Source: Antechinus flavipes (Eukaryota). Taken from it: a DNA stretch of 64,000 bases. The stretch spans positions 246,326,001 to 246,390,000 of the forward strand of contig NC_067403.1 in the NCBI RefSeq assembly GCF_016432865.1. Reading direction: 5' to 3'. Positions 39,510 to 53,124 of the stretch are shown here, one piece after another. Within the stretch, counting starts at the first letter, position 1. Each line of letters starts with the position of its first letter. The notes beneath the pieces were generated by a model. The model was not told the origin of the DNA and ran no database searches. It was given only the letters and a program-made list of their open reading frames with translations. Made by a program: the position numbers and the translations under genes.

Positions 39510-39935
39510 AAAAATAACTCAACTTACATTTCTCAGAGCTCCTTTGTTTTATTTGCAGAGCTTTAAAAAAAGTATCACAATCAGAATGTAGGATTCAATG
39601 TTCTGTTTCTCACCCTTACCCTTTCTCTTTTACCTCTTTTCTGTACCACTATGACTCACAGAGGTGACAATATTTCCCAGTAGTCTTTAGTTTTATTCTC
39701 ATTCACTTTCATTAAGGAATCTTCCTTCCTTCTTTAGAAGAAATGCCGAGTGTTTTTGTTCCAGCAATCTAAATTGCCTGGTCAAGTCTACTTACATCAT
39801 GTTTCTTTTCTTTTTTTTCCCCTAAGGGAGTCAATGTCTCTCTAGTGTCCCTCTTCCTTGGGAGTTACAATGCTAACAAGGAGAGAAATAATTAAAGTCT
39901 TCACTACTAAACAAGTCCATAGAGATTCAATTTCA
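39510..39935 (-). promoter_or_regulatory. Putative promoter and non-coding first exon of OR5G-like 34248-35192
   Basis: Homologous to 51850-52250. Contains EBF-like tccttgggag (39855-39864), homeodomain taattaaag, and minus-strand donors GTGAGA (39608-39613) and GTAAGT (39522-39527) that are present in both copies. Confidence 0.65.
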
Positions 39936-40399
39936 TAAATGTTTTCTTCTGTCTTTCTCTTTCCTTACTCATTTCTTTATGAGTAAAGCAATGGTCCTTA
40001 AAAACCATGTTACTCAAGCTAATGATTTTTGTGACTCCTTATCAAGTGTCACTAAGTATCTATAACATTTTGGCTAAACATGTATGAATGGCATACCATG
40101 CCATTAAAGATGAGTTAAAGAATTTGGGGTGTACAACTTAGAGGGAAAAAAGGAAAAAAAATACTTGAGAGCTGGAAAAAAGTAGGACAAAATAGAATGA
40201 GAGATGTCTACATTATATTCATTCTATTTGACTACATCTAGAGAGTAAAATGAAAAGCACTAGGAAGAAGATGCAGAGTAACAGGCTCAATATAAAGGGG
40301 AGAAAACAAACATTCTCAATATTAAAAATGACCCCACCTTAAATAATCTTGAGGTCCCTCTCCTTCAAGTTCTTCAAGTGAAGGTTGGATCGATTTTTC

Positions 40400-40523
40400 A
40401 ATCAACATGTATTAAGTGAGCCCTTATTATTATGTATCAAGCACCATGAAAATCCATGAGAACACAAAGATAAAAGGGAATTAATTCTTGTCCATGAGAA
40501 TTTACATTCTAATATATGGGGAG

Positions 40524-40579
<56 letters not shown>

Positions 40580-41900
40580 ATATTTAGACACAAGAGATGG
40601 AGACTCATGTGAAAGGAGCATCCAGAATGGCAAGAACATGGAATGCTTTAAGGAGGGATATCTGTAAAAAAGACTGAAAAGTAAAGAATGGATGAGGTTG
40701 TGATTATTAAATGCTTATTAGCGTTTCACTTGATACAATAAGTATATTCATTAAGTTAGAAAGTAAAATGATCAAATCAGTACTTAAGGAAAACTAGTTG
40801 GTAGCTATGTAGAGTGATGGATTCCAATGGAAAGAGATCTGAGTCAGGGAGACTAATTAGGAAGCTAGTCTAGTCTAGGCAAGAGATGCTGAGAGCCTGA
40901 ACTGTATTCATGTGAGAGAGATAAGGGATCAAGTATAAGACATGCTATAAGAGAAAAAGAGCAATATTTAGTACCTTGTTGGATACATAATATAAACTTA
41001 AAAGACTAAAAGTGTAATAGGAACATCAAAAAGAGTAGGGAAGTTTGGAACAAACATTATTTGGGGAAAAGAGGACAATAAAGAAATAATGAATTCTATT
41101 TTGGACATGTTGAATTAGAAATGCATAAAGGACATGGAAGAGATAGATGGTACAGTAGATAAGAGCACCAGGCATAGATTCAAAAAGAGCTGAGTTCAAA
41201 TACAGCCTCAGACACTAATTAGTAGCTTTATGACCCCAGGAAACTTATTTAATTGTTGTTTTCCTATAAACCCCTAATGTGAGCTGAGATCACACAGAAG
41301 GAAATTGCAAGCATGTCAGGTCATACAGAGTCAGACAAAACTGAACAACTTAACAACTACAGGACTTGAGAGAATAATTCTATAAACCTACATCTATGAG
41401 TCATCAGTTTAGAAATGATAACTGAACCCATATGAACTAATGATGTCACCAAGTGAACGACTACTGGGAAAAAAGAGAAAGCTCTAAATTACAAGTTTGT
41501 TTTCCATTTCCAGTTATGGAGCTTGACATGACTGATAATGAAGCAAGAATCTGAAAAAGACTAGAAAGGAGAACTAATAGATTGATATTAGTGTTATCAA
41601 ATCCTAAAAAGGGAATATTAAAGAAGAGATTTTAAGAGTAACAAATGCAACAGAAAGGGCTACAAAGATAAGGATTAAGAAAAGGACACTAAATTGGATA
41701 AAAATGAAACCACTGGTAGCTCTTGAGAGAGCAGTTCCAGTTGAATGATGAGCTCAGATGTGAAATTATGGATGTGAGAAGAGAAAAAGGAGATGCACCA
41801 AAGACTTTTGAAGGTGTTTGACCATGAGAAAAATAAGAGCTATATTATGATAGAAAACAGAGGGAGGGAAGTATCTTTTGTGTTTTCTTAGGTGGGGGGA
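40400..41900 (-). mobile_element. Decayed L2 LINE with nested (TA)n (40527-40575) and a Mar1 SINE (about 41150-41360, plus strand)
   Basis: Reverse L2 3' end aacatgtattaagt...gcacc; L2 body ttttggacatgttgaattagaaatg; Mar1 tail gtcagacaaaactgaacaacttaacaac. Confidence 0.65.
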
Positions 41901-42149
41901 AGTTATAGGTATATCTAGTTGTCAGCAGAAATGGAACCAAAGACACACATACACATAGAGAGAATGACAGAGAGAAACAGAGACTGACAGACAGAATCAG
42001 AGACAGGCAGAGATAGAGGGAAACACAGTAACAGAGAGAGTTTGAAATTAACCATTTTCAGCAGTATTATGGAGGTTATTCTCAGATATTGGTTAGATAA
42101 GATGACCTTTGAGGTCTTTTTTATTTCTGAGATTTGATCATTCTATACC

Positions 42150-43116
42150 AGGACAAAGATAAATAAATGATAGGATTATAATTTAGTATATTAAAAAGAC
42201 AGGAATAGTAATCATGATCTCAGAGGAAGTTAAAGTTAAAATAGATTTAATCAAAAGTGAAAAACAGAGAACCTATAGTATGTATCAGAAATATAACTCA
42301 ACATTGTTCTAAACTATTTTAAATACCTAGACAATATAAAATATTCCTGCCAACACAGACACAGGTACTATATGAACATAAACATAAATTATTTTTGTAC
42401 AAATAAACTCAGACCTAAATAATTGAAGTAATAGTTATTGTTCATGGGTAGGGCAAGCCAATATAATATTTAAATGACAATTTTACCTAACTAATCTATT
42501 TGTTCAATGTTATCCCAATTAAATTTCTTAAAAATTTATTTTGATGAGTTAGAAAGTAAATATCAAAATTCATTTGGAAGAATATAAGGTCAGAAACTTT
42601 AAAAACTAAAAAACTTTAAAACTAAAACTAAAAAAAAAAAAAAAGAGGGTAAAGATGGAAAAGAAATTTATTTAGCACATCAGACCATAAACTATATATA
42701 ATGTTGAAATGTAAAAAAAAATAATAATAATTAATTTAAATTTAAATTTCTTGTACATACAAATCTATGTATTCAAGAACAGAAGAAATGCAAAAAATTG
42801 GGGGGGGAACTTTCATAGACAATCTCTCAAATAGGATGTGATTGGGTTGGAATATTGCTGCAGTGCAGAAAATGAATAATGAGTTGCTTGATTTAGGAAA
42901 AAAATATGGAGACACTTGGACTTATGAAAGAAGATGTTTTCTACCTTCATAAAAATAGATGATAAGCAGAAATAAGCATAGGATGGTCTTATAAACATGT
43001 ATATGATTATATATCTGTATATTTTTAAATATCTATATGTGTATGTATGTATATATAATATACACATATGTGAGTATGTGTATGAGTACATATATGTGTG
43101 TGTGCATATATATATG

Positions 43117-43170
<54 letters not shown>

Positions 43171-43320
43171 CACTAACTTAATTGTAGCCTTCTTTACAGT
43201 GGGGTAGGAAAAAATAAAGTAAAAATGAACAGCAGAGGACAAAAAAAAATCAGTAAGGAAATCTGAGAAGCTTTGAAAACAATGCACAATATTTATTATA
43301 TAGGTGTTCTTGAAATGGAA
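42150..43320 (+). mobile_element. Old L1 fragments (endonuclease, post-RT and 3' end) with embedded (TA)n
   Basis: aatagtaatcatgatctcagaggaagttaaagttaaaatagatttaatcaaaag; gttattgttcatgggtagggcaagccaatataat. Confidence 0.65.
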
Positions 43321-45398
43321 ATGTATTGTTTTAGATTAAATATTCTCCTATGGTCTGATTTTTACTTGGTAATTTTCTTTTCTTTTCACATTTTGTATTT
43401 TTTTTTAATTTTCAGAAGAAAAAAAAATATTTTTTTAAAGATCTAAAGAAAGAGATTTCTTCTTTCAAAGGGGCAAGAATAAAAAACCTTTTATTAAGTT
43501 CTTCCTATGTGTCACTCACATTAAGACTCTCTGGGACTACAAAGAATCAATATGGTCCTTTCCCTTAAAAAGTTTGTATCATTGTATATAAATGCACTTA
43601 AAGGTGATATAGAGTTGAAAAGTATGAGGTTTGAAAGGAATGGGGAAAAGCCATAATGCCCTGATTCCAGAAATATATTAAGATTAAAAACTCTCCCGTC
43701 AGAACTTAGGGTCCAAATATAAAATCCATGTTTCAGTTCAAGGAAGAGAAAGACCCACAGCTGGGCACCGTGCTTTGGAAATGATTGGAAACTGTTGTGT
43801 TGGCTTGGTTCTGGAAAAGATAGAGCACTGGCTTGATTTGGAAGGTTTTCTACAGGAGATGCCATTTAGACTAGATCTTAAAGTATAGTCAAAAATTTAC
43901 TGAAAGAGATAGGAAAGTATTAATAGAACTTGAAAAGGTCGATGATGGTTGGATTCATTCATTGATTTATAGGAACTTTAGAGTATATAACTGGATGGTA
44001 GGTAGTAGTTGTATTATCTCTATTATACAAATGTCAGAGAAATTAAGTGACTTGTCTTGCATCATACAACTGAAGAGATCAGAGATATGATATAAACTCC
44101 AAATCCATCTAACTCCAACATGCTTCATTTAGCTCTCCATAAAATTATTTTCTTACAACAACCTTGTAAGACAGGGAGAGCATGGATTATTCTCCTCATT
44201 TTACAGATAAGAAAACTGAGACTGATAAATATTAAATGACTTACCTGGAGTAACAAAATGTCAGAATTTGAACAAGTTTAGGGTACTAAAGGTAGGAGTA
44301 GAAAGGAGGGCAAATATAAGATACATTTAGGAAGTAGACTCAAGTCTTGTAGAATTTTGGGAGGTTCTATTAGACCCTAAGGAAATACTGACAAGCAATT
44401 AAATGTATCAGTTGATAATTTGGGCAGGGGGTAGGGAGGAAGTTAAATGGGAAAAATGGATTTGATGTCCATAGGTATGATAAGTTAAAGATATAAAAGT
44501 AGGTTAAATTGACAACTGAGAGAAGATTATTGAGATAAAAGTCATAGGAAGTGCTTACTTTTAAGGAAGAAAGCCAGTGAGGAAGATAAAATGGCTACAA
44601 TGGATCCTAAAGAATATTGCTGGGGAACTCAAGCAAGAGGAACTCAGGAACCCAGAGATCTCTTATTATCTATTATCTATTATAGACTTATCTATAAACA
44701 TGGAGGCTTCTGCTTCTTTCCGTATATTCCTGAAATTTCAGCAAGAAAATTTAAGGTCCCTAAAAGAACTTAGAAACAAACCATTTTCAAAAACATGGGT
44801 AAGATAAGCAATTACTTTATGTAATCAGTTGTGCTATACATTCAAACTTGTGGTCTTTCTCAGAGTCACAATAACCAGAGTATCCTAGCACTCAAGATAG
44901 GAATTGGTCAACTGCCCAATAGTTGTAACGGACAGATATTTTCAAAGATATGAAAGATCTATGAAATACCATATTTTCTAGATTTTTCCAGGAGGATGAT
45001 GCCCATTTATAGACCAAATTCTACCACATTTGGGGAGCCCAATGTCAATAAGGCATTATTAAAATCTTTTTGGATAACCAAGAACAGGAGTAGTTATCAC
45101 TGGTATTTTTATGTGGGATATCTGTTTGTGTATGTAAAAACATATGTACATATGAAGGAAAAATGTTTCCAACAAAATGAATTTCCTCCAAAGGAAAAGA
45201 AAGTATAAGCTGAAGGCATGATTAGATAGAGGAAATAAACTGATTGATAGAATAATGTGTTTCTATTAAATTATCTTCCATGGAAAGAAACATACAAATC
45301 CTACAAATGTAAATGCTAGAATGCTGGAAATGTGCAATTTAATGGAACTCAGGCAAATTGATAAGGGATTTATTCCATTTCCTTTCTTGGAGAAGAAT

Positions 45399-46343
45399 TT
45401 AATTGCTGATACAAAACTTTCTTTTAGCAAGTGTTCTGTGGAAGGCATCTTTGACTTCCTTGTTCCTCAGGCTATAGATGAGAGGATTCAACATGGGGAT
45501 TACTGCAGTATAAAACACAGAGACAACTTTGTTAAGATCCAGAGAGAAAATTGCACCGGGTCTCACATAGATGAAAAAGAGGGTCCCATACAAGATGGCG
45601 ACAGCAGTAAGGTGGGAAGAACAGGTAGAAAAGGCTTTCCGTCTCCCTTCTGCAGACCGGATCCTGAAGATGGCTGTGAGGATGTAGATATAGGAAACAA
45701 GGATGGTCAGACCACTGAATACTCCAACAGCTCCAGCGACAATGAAAACTAACAATTTATTAAGGCTGGTATCAGCACATACAAGGGACAGCAGAGGAGA
45801 TATGTCACAGAAGAAATGATTGATGACATTAGGGCCACAGAAGGGAAGACGGAAAGTAGCTGTAGTGTGTGTCATGGTGTTCATGAATCCAACAGTGTAG
45901 GGACCAACCACCAGCTGGATGCAGAGTCTCTGGGACATGGCCACAGAGTAAAGCAGAGGGTTACAGATTGCCACATAGCGGTCATAGGCCATGGACGCCA
46001 AGAGAAAGCACTCAGTGGCCACAAAAAACCCAAAGAACCATTGCTGCAAGGCGCAGCCCAGGAATGAGATGGTCTTTCTCTCTTCAAAGAAGTCTCTCAA
46101 CATCTTAGGGCCCACCACAGAAGAAAAACTGATGTCCACAAATGATAAGTGGCTGAGGAAAAAATACATGGGACTGTGCAGGCGAGCATCAATACGTATT
46201 AAGATGATCATTCCCAGGTTGCCTGTCATGGTAAAGAGATAGAAAAATAGAAAGAGTACAAACAGGATGACTTGAAACTGGGGATAATATTCCAAACCGA
46301 GGAAAATGAATTCAGTGACTCTGGTGTAGTTTTCATTGGCCAT
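45399..46343 (-). CDS. OR5G-like: Olfactory receptor, OR5G-like, 314 aa, intact; close paralog of 34248-35192
   Basis: [60 protein letters not shown]; the sequence across the stop (gaagaatttaattgctgata) is identical to the other minus-strand OR5G copy. Confidence 0.95.
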   Translation of the reverse strand: MANENYTRVTEFIFLGLEYYPQFQVILFVLFLFFYLFTMTGNLGMIILIRIDARLHSPMYFFLSHLSFVDISFSSVVGPKMLRDFFEERKTISFLGCALQQWFFGFFVATECFLLASMAYDRYVAICNPLLYSVAMSQRLCIQLVVGPYTVGFMNTMTHTTATFRLPFCGPNVINHFFCDISPLLSLVCADTSLNKLLVFIVAGAVGVFSGLTILVSYIYILTAIFRIRSAEGRRKAFSTCSSHLTAVAILYGTLFFIYVRPGAIFSLDLNKVVSVFYTAVIPMLNPLIYSLRNKEVKDAFHRTLAKRKFCISN

Positions 46344-46359
46344 TTACTTGGATTGATTT

Positions 46360-46380
46360 CTGCTGGGACAGGAAAAGATA
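46360..46380 (-). promoter_or_regulatory. Tandem (CAGCAG) splice acceptor of the OR5G-like coding exon
   Basis: Minus strand reads tatcttttcctgtcccagcag|aaatcaatccaagtaaATG. Confidence 0.7.
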
Positions 46381-46631
46381 ATGACTGACAAAAAAAGTCA
46401 TTGACAGATGTTTGTATAGCGTTTTAAAGTTTACAAAGCATTTTACATAATAATTCCATTTGAACCTGTTAACAGCCTAGTGAAGCACATGATAGAGTAC
46501 CATGGAGAGATCATTAGCTCTGGAGCTACAAGATCTAATTCAAATACTGCTTCTGAAACCTCAGTTTGCTCATCTCTCAAATGAAGAGCTAGGATTAGAT
46601 GGCCTTACTGATTTTTCAAGATTATGAGTTG

Positions 46632-47116
46632 AACAAGATTTTATGAGGATCAATTGTGATGGACTTAGATCTTTACAACAATGAGGCAATTCAAGCCAGT
46701 TCCAAAAGACTTATAATAGAAAGAGCAATTCACATCCAGAGAGAAGTATAGAAATTGAATGTGGATCAAAGCATACTATTTCACTTTTTTGTCATTGTTT
46801 TTGTTGATTTACTTAATTTTTATTTCTCATTTTTTCTCTTTTCATCTGATTTTTCTTGTGCAACATGATAAATATGGAAATATGCTTAGAAGAACTGTAC
46901 ATGTTTAATCTATGTGGCTATCTTGAGGAGAGGGGAGAATGGCAGAAAGGGAAAAAATGGAAAACAAGGTTTTGTTAAGATGAATGTTAAAAATATCTTT
47001 GCATATATTTGGAAAAATAAAATAGTATAAAAATAATTAGATTGCAAAAAATAAATAAGTTTATTTTTTTAATTTTTTAAATTTAATTTAATTTTTAATT
47101 AAAAATACTTTAAAAA
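46632..47116 (+). mobile_element. 5'-truncated L1 with 14-bp TSD, antisense within the 5' intron of OR5G-like 45399-46343
   Basis: L1 3' UTR plus A-rich tail; aagattatgagttg at 46618-46631 and 47117-47130. Confidence 0.9.
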
Positions 47117-48539
47117 AAGATTATGAGTTGTAGGGAAAAAATACTGTGAATCAGTAACTCCATACCCTAAGATTTCCCTGTAATATATTAAAGTACAATC
47201 TTATTTCTCCTTAAAATTATCAAATAAGTGCTTATGCATATTCCTGCTGCGTTAATCATCAGATTTTGTAAAGCACCCTACACTTTTAGATCCCAAAACT
47301 TATAAGTTCTCAGTTATCATCTCACATCCCAATATGTTCTAATCTATAATTAAAATGACTGCAGACATTGTCCATGTAATATACATTTAAGAGCAGCAAC
47401 CACTTTAATTCCATGAAAATAATTGTGATTTTTCCAAAATGATTTTGCTCATTGTCATTAATGTGAATGACACTTATAGAACATCTTCTTTCTTTAGACC
47501 ACAAGAGATAAACTCATTATAAGAGTTTTATCTGGAGGAAACTGGCACAGCATCAGAGCTGGTAAAAATATTTGGAAGCCTCAAAGACCATGGGAAAGTA
47601 CCAAGAAGGTTATGATGAACCACATATCCATATACACATATTCTACACACATTTATATTCTTATACAGTATATTTTTTGCAAGAAAAGAAGCCAGATGAT
47701 TACAGTTATAAAAAACAAAAGCAAAAAGAGCATCCTTAAAACCTTAACATGAATAAATAAACTAATATAAAAAACTGTCCAAGAATAAATTAGTCAAATA
47801 TTTAATCATAATATAATACTTCTATTGATAAGAGAAGTCACTTGTTTATCTAAATCAATTCCAATTTAATTCCTTTAAAATTATTAAGTGCCTATCACAC
47901 ACAAATCAATGGTGCTAACTCTAGAATGCAGAAAAATAGAAAATACATAGACCCTGCCTAAAGGGGGAGAATAAGGATTGGATACGACTTGATATCAAAA
48001 AGACCTAAATTCAAATCTTGGGACTTGACTACTAGTTACTTGAATATGGCAAGCCACAGTTTTCTCATTTATAAAATGGGAATAATAATAAGAATACCTT
48101 CCTCATGGTGCTTTTGTGAGGCATAATATATGTAAAACCCTTTGCAAACTTGAAAACATTTTATCTACATCAGTTATTGTTATTGCTACAGTTTTTTCAG
48201 GGAAATCATTAATTCCTCATCAACATTCTCCTTCAAAACCTTACCACGTGGAGGTGAATCCAAGGCTGAGATCAAACAGGTCCCACTAAATTGGAGGCCT
48301 CAGGTAGAAATTCAATGACATACTATTACCCAAGAACCAGCTGTACTGACTGCAAAGACACTCATCATAAGGCTCACCCCAAGATGAATCAGTCTTGACC
48401 ACAAGCAGCTCTCAAAGAAAATCTTTGAAGTTTTAGAGAAATGGTAATTTTTGCAAGTGAGGAGAGTAACTATTTTGCAGAAGTCACAGTTTTCCAAAAT
48501 ATTGAATAATTACAACATATTCTGAAGTGGAACAGATGC

Positions 48540-49030
48540 TAAAGCGACCTTGTTCCAATGATATCGGAGCAAAGCTCGCTTTCATGAACTACCTGATGAG
48601 TTGTTAATCAGTTTTTATTTGAAGACTTCCAAAGAAAGGGAAACTCACTATTTCCTAAAGTTTCCCATTAAGCATTTGGGCAGGCTGCATTTTAAAGAAA
48701 TGTTTTCTCATATAAAGCTTAAAATTACTTTTTTTTTCAACTTCACCCCAAATTCTCTTAACTCTGCCATCTAGGAAAAACAAAGAAGCTCTTAACCCTC
48801 TTCAAAATAATAGTCATCAGATATTTGCTCGTTTTTAATTTCCTCTTCCCCTAAATATTTTTTCTAAGCTAAACATCTCTAAACCCTTCAACCAATATTC
48901 ATAAAGCATGATCTAGTCATCCTGCTCTTAGTTGCTCTAAAGATTATTAATGTTTATCCCCAAATGTGATTACCACAAGTAAATGAAATACTCTAGATAT
49001 GGTTTAACCATAGCAAAGTACAGAAAGATT
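48540..49030 (-). mobile_element. CR1/L3 fragment
   Basis: Decayed reverse L3 3' motifs (gacttccaaagaaagggaaactcactatttcct...ttaactctgccatct). Confidence 0.45.
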
Positions 49031-50575
49031 ATCATCCCTAAAATGGTTCCTTGGGGCCCTAAGAAATAATTCATCAGTATTTTTTGTGCTGATAACTGCA
49101 ATCAAAATTTAGTGTCCTACCAAGTTTCAAGTTATTGATCAGCCAAAATAATTAAATAAATGAAGTATAAACAGAACTTCTTACCTTTTAGCCATGTATT
49201 GCTGTGCTTTTAGTAGCTATACCTTCTTTGAACTTATTCATCATACAAAAACACATATATGTCATATATACACACTCTTTTGAACCTAATTTTCTTTGTA
49301 AACTCAAAATAATCTAGTCATAAACATCCCCTTCCCCAATCCTTTCTCAGAAACAAAATCAGAATGGCAATTAAGGAAGGGGATTCAGGCAGTAGATTAT
49401 AATGGCTAGATATCTGAACTTGGAATCAAAAAGACTTAAGTCTAAATCCTACTTCCCTTTCTGATGATGTAATAATGAACAAATTATTTGAAATCCTTGA
49501 ACCTTGGGTTCTTTATCTCTAACTTGGAGGTAATCATACCTGTAGTCCTACATCATAAGGTTATTTTGAAAAACTACTGGATAGGGGATTAAAGCACCAG
49601 ATTTAAAATATACCTTTGCTATGTTCTACCTGTCCAGATTTGGGCAATTCATTTGACATATTTTGGTCTTGGTGTCTTCATCTGTAAAATGATGGAGTTG
49701 GACTAGCTGGTCTCTAAGGTCCCTTTCAGCTAGCATCTTTAGAATAACTGAAGCCTTCTTGTCCCCTTCATAATCTTCTTCATCCCCAGTTTTCTTATCT
49801 GTAAAATGAGTGGGTTGGACAAGATGATCTTCCAAGTCTAAATCAACATAAAGTTCTTTGGATATGTGATTATGAATAGCTAGCATGTATATAGTAAAGC
49901 ATGTATGCAATATCTTTTGCTTCTCTTACACTATTTGATTTTCACAATTACCCTATGAAGTAGGTGCTATTATTACCCCCATTTTACAAGTAAGGAAATT
50001 GAGGCTGAAAGAAACAAAAAAGATGTATCCAAAATTATATATTGAGTCTCTAAGGGAGGATTTAATTCAGGTTTTCCAACTGTAACTCTTTTACTTTCTG
50101 GGTTTGTATTCAGTAAGGGTAGGAAGGGAAGGGAGTATATTATATCATGTCAAGTAGACAGAAATAATTGCTTTACGATACAGAATCCTCTCAGTATGGT
50201 GGGAGAATATCAACAATATTATTGCAATTTCCTTGGAAGATTTTGAACCCTACATGTATGTATATACATCTTTACTGGGGTTTTTTAGCCTTATGTATAA
50301 ATGTGAATATTTTTGTGAAGCTTCATTCTCTAAAATATAAACCACCTATCATCCTCATTTTTTTTTAATCATCATTTTCAAAACCTAACTTATTTTGTAC
50401 TTTAAGGTTTGCAAATCATGTTGCAAGTATCTCTATTATTATCTTTATTTTACAAATAAGGAAACTGAAGCAGTCAGAAGTTAAGTGCCTCACCCAGAGT
50501 CACATACTTAATGCCTGAGGCTGATTTTAATTAAGGTCTTCCTGATTCCAGATTTAACATTCTAGGTAAGTTAGT

Positions 50576-50775
50576 TAGGTATCATGCGGCCATCTCCAGA
50601 CTTCAGTTGTCCTGATCTATATCTGGCCACTGAGCTCAGATAGCTCAGGAGGGGAAAATAAGGCAGATTATTTCGTACAGCCCTCCCTCACTTAAATCCA
50701 ATTCACTTGTATGTTAGGGTATCACCTCTCTGATGTCATGGTCCTCATGGAGAATGAAGGACAAACAGCAACAAT
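50576..50775 (+). mobile_element. RTE-related marsupial SINE (WALLSI/RTESINE/Mar3-like)
   Basis: cagccctccctcacttaaatccaattcacttg...gatgtcatggtcctc...gaatgaaggacaaacagcaacaa. Confidence 0.7.
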
Positions 50776-51849
50776 CTTTGTGTCTGAAATCAGGAAGATC
50801 CGACTTTAAATTTTGTTTAACAGATGTGTAAGTCTAGACAAGTCATTTAACTCTCAGCCTCCTGTTCTTCAATTAGAAAACGGGAATGAAAATAACAAAT
50901 ATCTCTAAGTTTGTTGTGAAGATCAAATGAGATAATAATAGTTATAAAGAGCTTAGAAATGCTTGCTTGCTTCCTTTCAACATGATGGGTCTTTGTGCAG
51001 AGCAAGTTTAGAACTCATATTGGGACCTTCAATATCTACCTTCACTAAGTGGAATTCCCTTTGCCTTTATTATTGAGGGGCTGAGCCTATTGAGGGAAGA
51101 AAAGAAATGAGTTAGGAGTTAAACTTTTTTCTTATAATTGATACTTATTAAAATAGAAATCTATAAAACAATCATATCTTCCCTGAATATAGTCTATTTT
51201 TCTTTATTTGGCTGCCTTACTTTGGAAGGATTATCTTGTCAATGACCACTTTCTTCTTTATTTCTCAGAAATAAAAAGTTTGTTGTACATGGCTTTAAAC
51301 CATGGACTTTTAGGCCTTCAAAACTCTCAATTTTGAGTTATTTAAAGACACTAAGGTAGAACTTACCTAGAATGGTTAATCTGAAAAGTCAGCTAATATA
51401 TAATACAAAAAAAAAAGGATTAAAATATCACTAACTTGAGTTGGTCAATTGACATTTATTATTTCCCTATTATGTGCCAGGCACTGAGTGGAGAGCTGGA
51501 GAAACCAAAAAACAAAAAACAAAACCAAACCAAAAAGGCAAAAGACAGCCATCCAAGAAATTCCAAGTTAAGATAATTATTTTAATTAGTCTTATTGTGG
51601 GAGAAATTTTCTCAATAACCCGAAGAGTGGGGTTCTCATTCTGCCTTTGCAATGTGACCCTAGGAAAGTTATTCCATCATCTTGAGATCCTGCTTCAATA
51701 TTTTTTAAAGTGAGAGGAGTTAACTGTTTGATGCATCATATTGTTTCTAGTTTTCATATTCAACAATGTAATTTCTGAACTCCGGATTCCCATTCCCCTA
51801 CCCCTTAATATCTTTGGCTCTCTTAAAAAGTAAAAAGAGAAAAGAGAAT

Positions 51850-52250
51850 AAAAATGGCTAGACTTACATTTTCTTGGTCTTCTTTTTTTTTTCTCTTTGG
51901 AATTAAAAAAGAGGAATTACAATAAAAAATGGAAGCCCCAGCTTTCTACTTCTCAGCATTCTGGATCTCACCACTCATCCCTCACCCCCCCAGCCCTCTC
52001 TGCACATGGAGGTGGCATTATTTCCCAGCAGTCCTTCTGTTTTTATTCTGGATCTGTTCCACAGTGAAACTTCCCTGTAAAGAAAGATTCCCATTCATCC
52101 CAAGAATCATAACTGTTGCATCATGGGTTTCTTAGGGAGCCTATATCCCTCAAGTTACGCCTTTCTTGGGAGTTATGCTAAGAGAAAAACTAATTAAAGA
52201 ACTTGTGCTATCTTCACACTCTAAACAAGTCTATAGAGATTCAAATGAAC
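51850..52250 (-). promoter_or_regulatory. Putative promoter and non-coding first exon of OR5G-like 45399-46343
   Basis: Homologous to 39510-39935. Contains EBF-like ttcttagggag and ttcttgggag, ctaattaaag, and donors at 51966-51971 and 51862-51867. Confidence 0.65.
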
Positions 52251-53124
52251 ACGAATGCTAAGTATTTTCATTCAATTATATGGTCTTTTGCCTTTCCTTA
52301 TTGGGTCCTTTGTAGAATTATGGACCTCTAGATTTTTAAAGACTCACCATAACTGTCCTTCCAGGGTTCACAAAAGGCTTTTGAAAGACAGATTATCACC
52401 ATATTTAATGAAAGGGATTGTGACTTGTGCCAGTCCTGTAGGGAAGATGTTTCAGATAAGTTTCCACTAACATTAGGCTATGTCTTTCTAGGAAAAAAAA
52501 AAAAAAGCAAGGCATAAAACGTTTTTTCTAGAAAATACGTCCTGGCTTCTAGAATTCCTTATGTATGTTATCCTAGAATCTTGTAGTGACAGGCTTGATT
52601 ATGCTTCCTTCCATTGGAGTAAAACTATCAGACTGGTGTTAAATATAGAATACAGAACAAGGAAAGCTTGAGTTCAGATTCATAGGTTCATGTTTTCACA
52701 GATGGAAGGGACCTTACAAATCATCTTGTTCAAATTCTCAATTTGCAGATGAGGAAAATGATGGTGGTTTACTTAAAGTCACATGTAGCAAGTATCTTAG
52801 CTGATATTAGACCTCAGGTTTTTTGTTTCCAAATTCAACACATCAAACTTTTTTTTCATATTCACAATTTTTGAAACAGAATCTCGTGAACCATATTTCA
52901 TAGGTGGGTAATCAGGAGCTTGCAGAGACTCAGTGGTAAAAACATATACATATGTTTATATATGTACCTATGTACAAATGAGCCTACCTGCATTACATAT
53001 TGCACAATGTTATTATGAAGAAAGAATATTGTAAACCCTAAAATGCAATACAAGTGGGAGTCATTACTGTGGTAAATGATTTTCTATGGAGAATTTTTTT
53101 TCTTAATAATTACAATCTCTTAAT

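Noticed and set aside
41150-41240. tRNA-like A/B-box sequences at SINE heads
   Set aside because: These are decayed CORE-SINE 5' ends with no cloverleaf; no tRNA, rRNA or other ncRNA gene can be supported in this window.
34665-46242. Several 68-143 aa ORFs overlapping the OR5G CDSs (e.g. 34665-34997, 45321-45752, 45816-46067)
   Set aside because: These are antisense or alternate-frame shadows of the OR codons with no recognisable domain.
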